Shown: positions 40,870 to 49,591 of the stretch, one piece after another | Layout of the letters: the number at the start of each line of letters is the position of its first letter | Position numbering within the stretch: the first letter of the stretch is position 1 | Assembly (NCBI GenBank): GCA_048939995.1 | Contig: JBHLOY010000007.1 | Coordinates: 1-64,000 of the forward strand | DNA from: Promethearchaeota archaeon | Lineage (GTDB): Archaea > Asgardarchaeota > Lokiarchaeia > Sigyniarchaeales > SOKP01 | DNA: 64,000 nucleotides | Direction: 5' to 3' | The notes under the pieces: model-generated | Told to the model about the DNA's origin: nothing | What the model saw: only the letters and a program-made list of their open reading frames with translations | Database searches by the model: none | Program-made: the position numbers and the translations under genes

Positions 40870-41616
40870 TTAGGTGATGAGTTTTTTTAATCTTGTGGAG
40901 AATTTCTTAGAGATTATAAGGGCAGTTTCAAATGGGCAGTTTTTTTTAAATTGGATAATTGAGATAAAATTAACTATTCCCACTAAAGATAAAATTCCAT
41001 AATCCTCGAGAGATATTAATTCATGTATTCTGGAATTTCCAATAATAAATCGGCTTTCTAGGAGACGGATAATTTCGGATAAAACATTAGTATCTAAATA
41101 AGAAAGAATCACTCTACCTGTTTGAGTCAATAAAGCAGATGAAATAACGAAAGAAGAGAATTTATGTAATTCTTGGAATACATCAACAAGATCTCTTTGA
41201 ATTTCTTCTGATATTAATTTTTTACTTTTTTCCATTATATCCTGTATATTTTCTTCAAATTCTTGATATTTTGAAATTTCGCCATCAAAATTTTCTGTAA
41301 TTAGATTTAGGTCAAATTTTTCTAAGAATTGAGTTTTAATCTCTTTTAATTGATTTCTAAGTTCCACTAGATTATCTGTACGATCACTAAATAAAGCAAA
41401 CATTAATTCACTAGAGTTAGCTTTCTCAATTTCAAAAATAAACCTGAAAGGCCCAACTTCTATTTCAGATAATTCTTTAGTTCTAAGAGTTTGTTTAACG
41501 AACGAAAAAATAGCACTTAAAAAACTACTGGTAAGTTTAATGTTGAAAATATCCTCATAGATTTTATAAAAGATTAATTCTCCTGTTGATTTCATTATGA
41601 AGATATTCTTGATCAT
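40870..41616 (-). CDS. Longin-like plus roadblock-like two-domain protein
   Basis: N-terminal IFIM..TGELIF...L.SSFLSAI.SF......LSEI (longin pattern); C-terminal VISSALLTQTGRVILS (roadblock pattern). Confidence 0.7.
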   Translation of the reverse strand: MIKNIFIMKSTGELIFYKIYEDIFNIKLTSSFLSAIFSFVKQTLRTKELSEIEVGPFRFIFEIEKANSSELMFALFSDRTDNLVELRNQLKEIKTQFLEKFDLNLITENFDGEISKYQEFEENIQDIMEKSKKLISEEIQRDLVDVFQELHKFSSFVISSALLTQTGRVILSYLDTNVLSEIIRLLESRFIIGNSRIHELISLEDYGILSLVGIVNFISIIQFKKNCPFETALIISKKFSTRLKKLIT

Positions 41617-41802
41617 CGTAATCAGAAAACTAATTATTCTTAAAAATTATCGTTCTACATCATTTATGAAATTCCTTCTATAAAAATTCTTTTAAATATA
41701 AAATTATCCTTCTAAAGCAATGAAAAATACCAATCTTACAAAATTATCAATTACAATAAATAAAAGAAAGGTTCAATTTTTATGAAATAGATTAATAGAA
41801 GC

Positions 41803-42570
41803 TTAAAATCCATCAAATTTAGCCCATTCATCATCTTCTTCAAAATCTTCTTCTTCTTCCTCATATTCGTCAAATTTTTCTTGATCCTCACGATCTGCAT
41901 ACTCCTCTTCAGCTTCTCCATAATCATCATCAAATGTAATTGATTTTTCTAAATCTGTTGAAACTTCAGCTTGACTAACTTGTACCCTTGGGATTTCTTT
42001 CTCTGAGGCCTTTTTCTCTACTAATTTTAAATAATCTCCATGAATCTTTATAGTAATTGGAGTTTCTTCTTGTAATAATCTTACTACTACCTCTTCACTA
42101 CTTGAGGTATCATGAGGCATTCGCATCACAATCGCTCGAGCCCCCTCAAAAACTCCACTTATAATTTCAACTGTATCTCCTTCCTCTAAATATTCAGTTA
42201 CACTTCTTGGAAGAAGAACATGTCTTAATTCTTTTAATTTAATATTTTGAACAATTCTTCCTTTAATATGCGGGATACCTTGAACAGCTAACTGTACAGC
42301 TCTCTTCTGAGGTGCTTCGAAAAAGATATATCCCGGTAACAATGGGCTAATTAACATTGCTTTTATATCAGGAACAACATCTAAAATTTTAAACCTATAA
42401 AAGATTTGTTTTAAGATATTACTCTCTTGATTAATCGTGGTCCTAACTGCAAATAAAGTGGTAGAAACATCTTCATCTATTAGATCACCTGGCAAACTAA
42501 CTTCATTAGCATCTATATCTCTTTCCTCCTCATCCTTTACTCTATTTTCTTGATCTACCAAATTTATCAC
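41803..42570 (-). CDS. spt5: Transcription elongation factor Spt5/NusG with acidic terminal extensions
   Basis: NGN domain FAVRTT.NQE...LPGYIFFEA and KOW GDTVEIISGVFEG. Confidence 0.92.
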   Translation of the reverse strand: MINLVDQENRVKDEEERDIDANEVSLPGDLIDEDVSTTLFAVRTTINQESNILKQIFYRFKILDVVPDIKAMLISPLLPGYIFFEAPQKRAVQLAVQGIPHIKGRIVQNIKLKELRHVLLPRSVTEYLEEGDTVEIISGVFEGARAIVMRMPHDTSSSEEVVVRLLQEETPITIKIHGDYLKLVEKKASEKEIPRVQVSQAEVSTDLEKSITFDDDYGEAEEEYADREDQEKFDEYEEEEEDFEEDDEWAKFDGF

Positions 42571-42722
42571 TTAATCCTTATTTGAATTCTCCACTATATT
42601 AACTTTTCATAAAAATCTTAGAAAAAAAAGTCTAAGATAATAAGGTATTTATAAATTTTAAAATTTTGCTTTTAATCTGAACTACTAATATCGTAATTTA
42701 TAATTTCACAAGAGTATATGAT

Positions 42723-43112
42723 TTAGAAGGGGATATTATTAACATCTAATATTTCAGGTATTCTTTTCTTACGTTCGAGCCATCCTATCTCTGCATTGGT
42801 ATATCTCCAAGTAATTTCGCACTTACCGGACTCACCGCTAGTTTCCGTTTCCCAATCCCACGGATTTACAATAACTAAATCGCCTTTGCGAATCCACACT
42901 CTTTTCTTTATTTTACCACGAATTCTACCAATTCGATGTTTTCCATCTTCACAAAATACACCCATACGATCATTGCCATATATTTCAACTACTCTTCCAA
43001 ACATTTCTCCTAAATTTTTGCTAGGAAATTTAACACGAGTAATCACTGGAGGCTCAGTAGTCCCCCCTCGGCCTTTACCTTTTTTAGCTTTTTTTGTTTT
43101 TTTTTTTGCCAT
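42723..43112 (-). CDS. eif1a: Translation initiation factor aIF-1A
   Basis: V.C.DGK.R.GRIRGKIKKRVWIR.GD.V.V.PW and WRY motifs. Confidence 0.95.
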   Translation of the reverse strand: MAKKKTKKAKKGKGRGGTTEPPVITRVKFPSKNLGEMFGRVVEIYGNDRMGVFCEDGKHRIGRIRGKIKKRVWIRKGDLVIVNPWDWETETSGESGKCEITWRYTNAEIGWLERKKRIPEILDVNNIPF

Positions 43113-43138
43113 ATATAATTACTTGGAATGATTATTTA

Positions 43139-43477
43139 TTATTCAATTTTATCATCTGGTTTATAATCTCCTTTGATAAATACTATTTTAACAGGTTTAT
43201 TAGAATCATTTCTTATGTTATGCATCTCTTTTGGTTCACATAGGAAGACACTTCCTTGGGGAGCTTTATATTCTTTATTATCAATAATCATTACACCCTC
43301 ACCTTCCAAAAAATAAAAAGTTTCATCCACTATATTATGACCATGAGCTTTCTTTCCCATCAATTCACCCGGATTTAGTAAGATTAGCCCCCAATCAATA
43401 CTCGGTCCTCGCATTAAATATTTCACACCACTTTCACCATTTCTATACTTAAAATCTGATTCATGTACCTTCTTCAT
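43139..43477 (-). CDS. Cupin domain protein
   Basis: HGH...DETFYFLEGEG...P.EMH.I.N. Confidence 0.85.
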   Translation of the reverse strand: MKKVHESDFKYRNGESGVKYLMRGPSIDWGLILLNPGELMGKKAHGHNIVDETFYFLEGEGVMIIDNKEYKAPQGSVFLCEPKEMHNIRNDSNKPVKIVFIKGDYKPDDKIE

Positions 43478-43627
43478 TTTAAATCCCTAATCGAGTTTCT
43501 CTTATTATTACGAATTATCTTATGTAAGTTAAAAATCTTATTATAAAAACCTTAATGTTTGTATATTGCATTTAACATTATTATTAAATAGAAAAATTTC
43601 TCAATCAAAAAGAAAAAGGATAGAACT

Positions 43628-44815
43628 ATGATTCCTAATTTCAATTTTGCTAGTATTCCTCAAATTTTATTTGGTTCTGGAACGATTAATCAACTCTTTA
43701 GCATAATTCCTCAATATGGAAGGAATTTATTGTATGTAATAGGGAAAAATTCACTTAGGAACTCAAAAAAATGGAATGAAGTGATAGATAAATCGGATGT
43801 GAATTCCCTCAATTATTCTATCATTTCTATTCGAGGGGAACCATCTCCAAACCTCATCGATAGTTTCATAGATCAATATAGAAACCAAAAGATAGATCTT
43901 GTAGTTGGAATAGGGGGTGGAAGCGTTATTGATGCTGGAAAGGCAATATCTGCGATGCTATTGAAAAAAGATTCAGTTAAGGATTATTTAGAGGGCGTCG
44001 GAATCAAAAAGCATGATGGTATAAAGATTCCATATATCGCAGTTCCCACAACCTCAGGTACGGGAAGTGAGGCTACAAAAAATGCTGTTCTTAGTGAAGT
44101 GGGACCTGAAGGATTTAAAAAATCACTAAGACATGATAATCTAATTCCCAATTATGCTATTATTGACCCTGAGCTTACAATTTCGTGTCCTGCATCAGTT
44201 ACAGCTGCATGTGGGTTAGATGCCTTTACTCAACTTTTAGAAGCGTATACTTCAAATAAATCGAACCCTATGACAGACTCACTAGCTTATAGTGGTATGA
44301 TATATATGAAGGATGCTATAATACCTGTTTGTACAACTAATCCCTCTGATTTGAATCTGAGAGCAATAATGGCATATGGGGCATTAATGTCAGGTATTTG
44401 TCTAGCAAACGCGGGGCTAGGAATTGTTCACGGATTAGCATCATCTATTGGAGGTTTCTTTCGAATTCCTCATGGGGTTGTTTGTGGAACTCTTTTAGCT
44501 GAGAGTACTAGAATGAATATTATGAATTTGAAAAAGCTTGGTTCCTCTGGTTTAGAAGCATTACAGAAATATGCGACAATTGGTGCTTTATTCGATAAAA
44601 AAAAAATTATTGAAAAAACACAAATTGAATATTACTGTTCACTCCTAATTAGTAATTTAGAAAAATGGACTATTGATCTAGGTATTGAGGGGTTAGGCAA
44701 GTATGGCATAAGTGTGAACGACATTGAGAAGATAGTGAATAGCGCTGGAATAAAAAATAACCCTGTTCCATTAAGTGAAGAAAATATCTATAAAATTATG
44801 GAATCCCGTATTTAG
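43628..44815 (+). CDS. Iron-containing alcohol dehydrogenase
   Basis: GGGSVIDAGK, PTTSGTGSE, DAFTQ, GLGIVHG and PHG motifs. Confidence 0.93.
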   Translation: MIPNFNFASIPQILFGSGTINQLFSIIPQYGRNLLYVIGKNSLRNSKKWNEVIDKSDVNSLNYSIISIRGEPSPNLIDSFIDQYRNQKIDLVVGIGGGSVIDAGKAISAMLLKKDSVKDYLEGVGIKKHDGIKIPYIAVPTTSGTGSEATKNAVLSEVGPEGFKKSLRHDNLIPNYAIIDPELTISCPASVTAACGLDAFTQLLEAYTSNKSNPMTDSLAYSGMIYMKDAIIPVCTTNPSDLNLRAIMAYGALMSGICLANAGLGIVHGLASSIGGFFRIPHGVVCGTLLAESTRMNIMNLKKLGSSGLEALQKYATIGALFDKKKIIEKTQIEYYCSLLISNLEKWTIDLGIEGLGKYGISVNDIEKIVNSAGIKNNPVPLSEENIYKIMESRI

Positions 44816-44818
44816 CAT

Positions 44819-45352
44819 TCATTTAAATCCATATTTTCCAACATGAAGAATTATTTCTTTTGCTAACAATTTAAAAGCTATATCTATATTTTCTCCGGTC
44901 TTACTAGATATTCTTAAATATTCAAAAAAGTTATATTTTTGCATAAATTCGAATATAAAATCACCAGAAAGCATAATTGATTCCTTCAAGTCTGATTTTG
45001 AGCCAATAAATAAAATGGGTAAATCAGGATTTTCTGTTCTGCATACATCCACCCACTCTCCTATTTTTTCTAAGGTAATAGGCCGGGTGGGATCAAATAA
45101 TAAAAGAGCCCCTTTTGCCCCTCTAGCATAATTTTTAAGAAGAAAGCGAAAGCGTTCTTGACCTCCAAAATCCCAAATTTGTAAAATAATTTTCTCATAA
45201 TCAAGCTCTATAGTTTTTAAGAAAAATTCAACACCAATTGTCATTTGCAAATTTTCAATGAATTTTCCTTCAATATACCTATGAAGCATTGTGGTTTTCC
45301 CAACTCCTCCATCTCCAGCAATAATTGTTTTAAAAACTTTCGGTTTGGACAT
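44819..45352 (-). CDS. Rab-like small GTPase
   Basis: GDGGVGKT, TIGVEF, LQIWDFGGQERFR, G4 variant SKSD, SSK. Confidence 0.93.
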   Translation of the reverse strand: MSKPKVFKTIIAGDGGVGKTTMLHRYIEGKFIENLQMTIGVEFFLKTIELDYEKIILQIWDFGGQERFRFLLKNYARGAKGALLLFDPTRPITLEKIGEWVDVCRTENPDLPILFIGSKSDLKESIMLSGDFIFEFMQKYNFFEYLRISSKTGENIDIAFKLLAKEIILHVGKYGFK

Positions 45353-45434
45353 TTAAAAGCACTTTTATTGTATGATTATTAAAATGGCTACTTCATTATT
45401 TGAAATATCAAAAAGTATTAAATTTTTTCTTAAT

Positions 45435-45866
45435 TTAATCAAAAGTTAAATATTTTTTCTGCCTTAGAAAAATTGTGCTAATTCCCAACCTTTTCACTTC
45501 CTTTCGTAGCTTAGAATCATTCGTGGCCAAAAAAACGCGCCACTTTTTTTCTTTTAAGTTAATACACTGCTTTATTAAAAATTCATCCGTAGTTTCAGAT
45601 TCCAATTTTACTTTATTCTTAATTTCAATATGAAATCTCTCTTTATTTGACTCTAGGTAAATTAAACTTGATTTTAGTTCCGTTTGAAATTTTGACGTTG
45701 TTGACTCACGCCTACTTTTTGCTTCTAATTCATCTAATATTTGTTTGTATATAATAAAACATGTTTTACCTTCAATCTCTAAGCAAATTTCATTAAAGTA
45801 ATCGATTTTAAATTGAAAAGGAAGTAAAATGAAGTTAGAATCAATAACAACTACATTATTAAACAT
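45435..45866 (-). CDS. PIN-domain ribonuclease, Fcf1/Utp24-like
   Basis: VVIDSNF.L.PFQF.ID, ELE, TD, LATND..L motifs. Confidence 0.85.
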   Translation of the reverse strand: MFNNVVVIDSNFILLPFQFKIDYFNEICLEIEGKTCFIIYKQILDELEAKSRRESTTSKFQTELKSSLIYLESNKERFHIEIKNKVKLESETTDEFLIKQCINLKEKKWRVFLATNDSKLRKEVKRLGISTIFLRQKKYLTFD

Positions 45867-45880
45867 TTTACAAATTAGAA

Positions 45881-46402
45881 TTAAAATATCTGTTTTTCTA
45901 ATATTCTTTTTGTTAATAAGTCAAAAGCAAATTTTACATTTTCTCCAGATTTGCTCGAAACTCGTAAATAGTCAAATAAATTAAAATCGCTCTTAAAATT
46001 CAATGCATATTCATCATTAACCATAATTTCATCCTGTAAATCGTTCTTTGTACCTAAAAATAAGATTGGAAGGTTTGGATTCCCCTTTCGACAAATATTA
46101 ACCCACTGTTCTAGATTTTCAAGAGTTATAGGGCGTGTTAGGTCGAACATAAGCAAAGCACCTTTCGCTCCTAATACATAACTTTCCAGCAAGAATCGAA
46201 AACGTTCCTGGCCTCCAAAGTCCCAAAGTTGGAGCGTACAATGTTGGCCGTCGATCTCAATCTCTTTAAGGAAGAATTCGACTCCGATCGTCATTTTTGT
46301 CTCAGCTGAAAACCTTCCTTCAACATAACGATGTAAGAGTGTTGTCTTACCTACACCTCCTTCTCCAGCTGTCAGGATCTTAAGTATAAATTTTTTAGGC
46401 AC
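45881..46402 (-). CDS. Rab-like small GTPase
   Basis: GEGGVGKT, TIGVEF, LQLWDFGGQERFR, G4 variant TKND, SSK. Confidence 0.93.
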   Translation of the reverse strand: MPKKFILKILTAGEGGVGKTTLLHRYVEGRFSAETKMTIGVEFFLKEIEIDGQHCTLQLWDFGGQERFRFLLESYVLGAKGALLMFDLTRPITLENLEQWVNICRKGNPNLPILFLGTKNDLQDEIMVNDEYALNFKSDFNLFDYLRVSSKSGENVKFAFDLLTKRILEKQIF

Positions 46403-46634
46403 GATTTATTAACCTATATGTATTTTCTATTATCTTTAACTTAGCTTTTTCTAGTATTGGTATTTTTCATACTAAGAATATTTACTTATTTATAGATTTA
46501 AAGTTTTAAAACTTATTTTGTTAGATATTTGATATTAGATATTAGATAAAAATTTTTATTTTTTATTTTTTGGATTTGTGAAAAAGTAAAATATAAAGAT
46601 TAAGCTAAATAAATTTCATACTAGTATTATAAGT

Positions 46635-46922
46635 GTGATAAAAATGAAGAAGAAAAAACCAACTGAAGAAGAATTAAACAAATTAAAAGTTAAATCCTGG
46701 GGTATCTGGGAAAAGGAAAAGAGTGTTTTTGATTGGGCGTATAGCGATACAGAAACTTGTTATATATTAGATGGGGAAGTGGAAGTCACAGATTCATCAA
46801 CAGGCAAGAAACTTGAGTTTAAAAAGGGAGATTTAGTCCAATTTCCAAAAGGTTTGAAGTGTGTTTGGAATGTTAAGAAACCAGTAAGAAAACATTATAC
46901 ATATGGAGATCTTGATATATAA
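46635..46922 (+). CDS. Cupin_3 (DUF861-like) protein
   Basis: W.IWEKE.S.F.W.Y...ETCYIL.G.V, GDLV.FPKG..C.W. Confidence 0.85.
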   Translation: MIKMKKKKPTEEELNKLKVKSWGIWEKEKSVFDWAYSDTETCYILDGEVEVTDSSTGKKLEFKKGDLVQFPKGLKCVWNVKKPVRKHYTYGDLDI

Positions 46923-47102
46923 TCGAAATTCTTTATTTATGATTAATACTCATTCTTTTTTTTTATCCAAAAAATCCAAATTAGAAATTCTTAAATATCC
47001 AAAGCTAGTAATAAATAAGTGCATACAAAATTAAATTTAATCCTATTTTAAATTATTATATCAAAATAATTAAAATCTTAAATAATTGAAAGAAGAATTT
47101 AA

Positions 47103-48758
47103 ATGGAATCTATTGAAAGCAAACTTTTTGGGTCAGAAGTAAAAATAAAAGACTTTTTTAATAACATCCCTATTCCTTCCTATGTCTGGCAAAAGGTAAA
47201 AGATAATTTTATCCTTATTGAATATAATACTGCTGCTGAAAAAGCTACAAATGGCGCGATAAAAAATTATTTGGGTGAAAAAGCCTCTTTCTTCTATGAA
47301 AATAAACCTGAGCTTGTAAAAGAGTTACAAAAATGCATAACAGAAAAAAAAGGTAGTGTAAAGGAGTTAAAATATACGACGAAAACTACTGGTGAAGATT
47401 TATATTTATCAATTAGATATTATTTTGTAGCTCCAGATTTAGTAATACTTCACACAGAAGATATAACTAATCGAAGAAGAATTGAAAAAGAATTAAAAAG
47501 ATCAGAAGAAAAATTCAGACATTTATTCCAACATTCACCATACGCAATCATCCTAGTTGATTTAATGGGTACAATCTTAGACTTTAATGATTCAACTACT
47601 AGATTATTTGGTTATGAAAGAAATGATTTAATAGGGAAAAACTATCTGCAATTAACAATGTATCCGGAAGAATTTGTCACTATCCTTAAAGCAAGATACA
47701 AAAAAGCATTAGAAGTCGAACTTTTAGAGCCTATTGAACTTAAAATTACCAAAAAAAGTGGTGAAGAGGCATGGGTTCTCTCTAATTTGTCAATTCTTAA
47801 ATTAGGGAAAAAAAAACTATTACACTCAATAATTAATGATATTACAGAACAAAAAAAATTTGAGAAAACAATAAAAAGAAAACTAGAGATTGAAAGATTC
47901 TTATCTACCATCTCTTCTCGATTTATAGGAACTATTGATATAGATATGACTATTAATTTGTCATTAATAGAAATGGGTCGATTATTAGAAGCGAACCGTG
48001 CGTATCTACTATTATTTAACGAAGAAAATTCATTAGAATTTTTTACTCAGCAATGGTGTATCGAAGAAATTGAACCGCAGCATTTAGAATCAATAGTTAT
48101 ACATATTGAAAAATACCCTTGGTGTCTTAATCAGTGCAAAAATCAAGGATTTGTTTATATCCCCGATACGTCAATGCTTCCTGAAGAAGCTTTATCAACA
48201 AAGCAACGGCTAGAAACTCTACAAATAAAATCTTTTTTGGCTTTTCCTGTAATGATAAAGGGGGAATTATTTGGATTTATAGGATTTGATAATATAGAAA
48301 AAATGAAGACTTGGAATAAGGAAGACTTTTCTCTACTAAAGACTTCCTCTGAAATTATTGGAAGTGCATTAGAACGTAAATGGGCTGAAGAAACGCTAAA
48401 AAATAGTAATCAACTATTAGCTGGAATAATTTCTTCGTTAACGGATCCTATATTTTTAATTGATAAAGGTTTTAATATTCTCTGGTGTAATAATGTAGCC
48501 AAAAACAAATTTGGCTTAGAGTCTATCGGAAATAAGTGTTATGAGGTTTTAGTTAAAAATGAAGAGAGGTGTAAAAAGTGTATTGCAGAGAAAACCTTCT
48601 CTGACAGCAAAATCCATGAGCGGGAATTAAATTTAATTGATGTTAATGGGAATGTTTTTATAGCATGGTGTACTTCCAGTAGTGCAGCTCAAAATCTCGA
48701 AGGTAATACAGAATTAGCCGTACTAATTCTTAGAGATCTGACTACAAAAAAATCTTAA
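47103..48758 (+). CDS. PAS-PAS-GAF-PAS sensor protein without a kinase domain
   Basis: PAS/PAC ends (EDIT.RR, DITEQKK, RDLT), GAF FGFIGFD...W; the protein stops right after the last PAS. Confidence 0.85.
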   Translation: MESIESKLFGSEVKIKDFFNNIPIPSYVWQKVKDNFILIEYNTAAEKATNGAIKNYLGEKASFFYENKPELVKELQKCITEKKGSVKELKYTTKTTGEDLYLSIRYYFVAPDLVILHTEDITNRRRIEKELKRSEEKFRHLFQHSPYAIILVDLMGTILDFNDSTTRLFGYERNDLIGKNYLQLTMYPEEFVTILKARYKKALEVELLEPIELKITKKSGEEAWVLSNLSILKLGKKKLLHSIINDITEQKKFEKTIKRKLEIERFLSTISSRFIGTIDIDMTINLSLIEMGRLLEANRAYLLLFNEENSLEFFTQQWCIEEIEPQHLESIVIHIEKYPWCLNQCKNQGFVYIPDTSMLPEEALSTKQRLETLQIKSFLAFPVMIKGELFGFIGFDNIEKMKTWNKEDFSLLKTSSEIIGSALERKWAEETLKNSNQLLAGIISSLTDPIFLIDKGFNILWCNNVAKNKFGLESIGNKCYEVLVKNEERCKKCIAEKTFSDSKIHERELNLIDVNGNVFIAWCTSSSAAQNLEGNTELAVLILRDLTTKKS

Positions 48759-49315
48759 CCAAATCTCTGTTTATCTCTATACTCTTTAACTGAAATATTC
48801 CTTTCAATTATTCTATCATTTTTAATGAGGGTTTCTTCTATCGCCTTGACCTCTGCTCGAGTGCTTACTTTTCTTTTTTGAAGTTCTTCTAAAATTTCTT
48901 TTTCTCCCAACCCTTTTTTATAAAGTTCTTTGAATTTTTCAATTATTTGACTATTGTAAAATATATATTGCTTATTTAAAAAAATAATTAACCAACTTTC
49001 CTTACTTTGTTTTTGGGATAATTTAAACATCTTTTTTTGTATGTCTTCATACTTCTTCCTAAGTATTCTCGAGATTGTTTTATCATCTATGGTGTTCTGG
49101 TTTTTCAGAAATCGTTTTAACTTATTACTAAAAAATAAATCTGGAATATATGATAAACCATACAAGATTAATGTAATTATAGTCATCCAGATACCTGCTT
49201 GAAGATTGAATATGGCAACAATTATAATAATGATAATAAGCATCAAGAACCATTTCCTTCCAATCGATTTTAAAATTATTGTTAAATTTTTTGGCATATC
49301 TCCACATTCAGTCAA
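48755..49315 (-). CDS. Hypothetical membrane protein (N-terminal TM hairpin)
   Basis: Hydrophobic N-terminal helices and a basic soluble domain. Likely start is the MPK ATG at 49297. Confidence 0.7.
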   Translation of the reverse strand: MTECGDMPKNLTIILKSIGRKWFLMLIIIIIIVAIFNLQAGIWMTIITLILYGLSYIPDLFFSNKLKRFLKNQNTIDDKTISRILRKKYEDIQKKMFKLSQKQSKESWLIIFLNKQYIFYNSQIIEKFKELYKKGLGEKEILEELQKRKVSTRAEVKAIEETLIKNDRIIERNISVKEYRDKQRFG

Positions 49316-49396
49316 AGAATAATTAGATAATATTATATTTTATTAAGGAACACTTAAAAAAATTATTTTTCGTTTTAATTGAATTAAACAAATTAG

Positions 49397-49402
49397 AAAA
49401 AA
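49397..49402 (-). terminator. Oligo-U tract just downstream of the permuted 5S precursor
   Basis: U6 on the minus strand, 3 nt after the 3' arm of the 16-bp stem; typical archaeal terminator signal. Confidence 0.4.
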
Positions 49403-49405
49403 GTG

Positions 49406-49591
49406 TTTTAACCACAAAAATTTTAGCGTTTCTGGGTTCAGATGGGACCAGGTATTTTCCTGTTTTACCATGACCGTAGCCTAAGCCACAGTTAGAAAGT
49501 TCCCACAAATCTCAATTGCAGTACTGATTTCAACGCAAAACAGTTTAACTTCCAGCGCATTACGATATGGATATGATTTTTGTGGTTAAAA
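49406..49591 (-). repeat. Perfect 16-bp inverted repeat (49406-49421 / 49576-49591) enclosing the 5S unit; predicted precursor processing stem
   Basis: TTTTAACCACAAAAAT ... ATTTTTGTGGTTAAAA. Confidence 0.9.
49430..49549 (-). rRNA. rrf: 5S rRNA, circularly permuted gene (3' half 49549-49485, UUAG linker 49484-49481, 5' half 49480-49430)
   Basis: 5' half: GCUACGGUCAUGGUAAAACAGGAAAAUACCUGGUCCCAUCUGAACCCAGAA, with the loop C CCCAUC.GAAC signature. 3' half: GUUAAACUGUUUUGCGUUGAAAUCAGUACUGCAAUUGAGAUUUGUGGGAACUUUCUAACUGUGGC, with loop E AGUA/GAA. Helices I, II, IV and V pair as in 5S, and helix III completes across the predicted junction. Confidence 0.88.

Noticed and set aside
49323-49508. 61-aa minus-strand ORF in the ORF track
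   Set aside because: It overlaps the permuted 5S rRNA and its stem, and has no protein-like features.
49406-49591. MITE interpretation of the 16-bp terminal inverted repeats
   Set aside because: No target-site duplication is evident, no transposase is nearby, and the interior is fully explained by 5S structure plus the splice motif.
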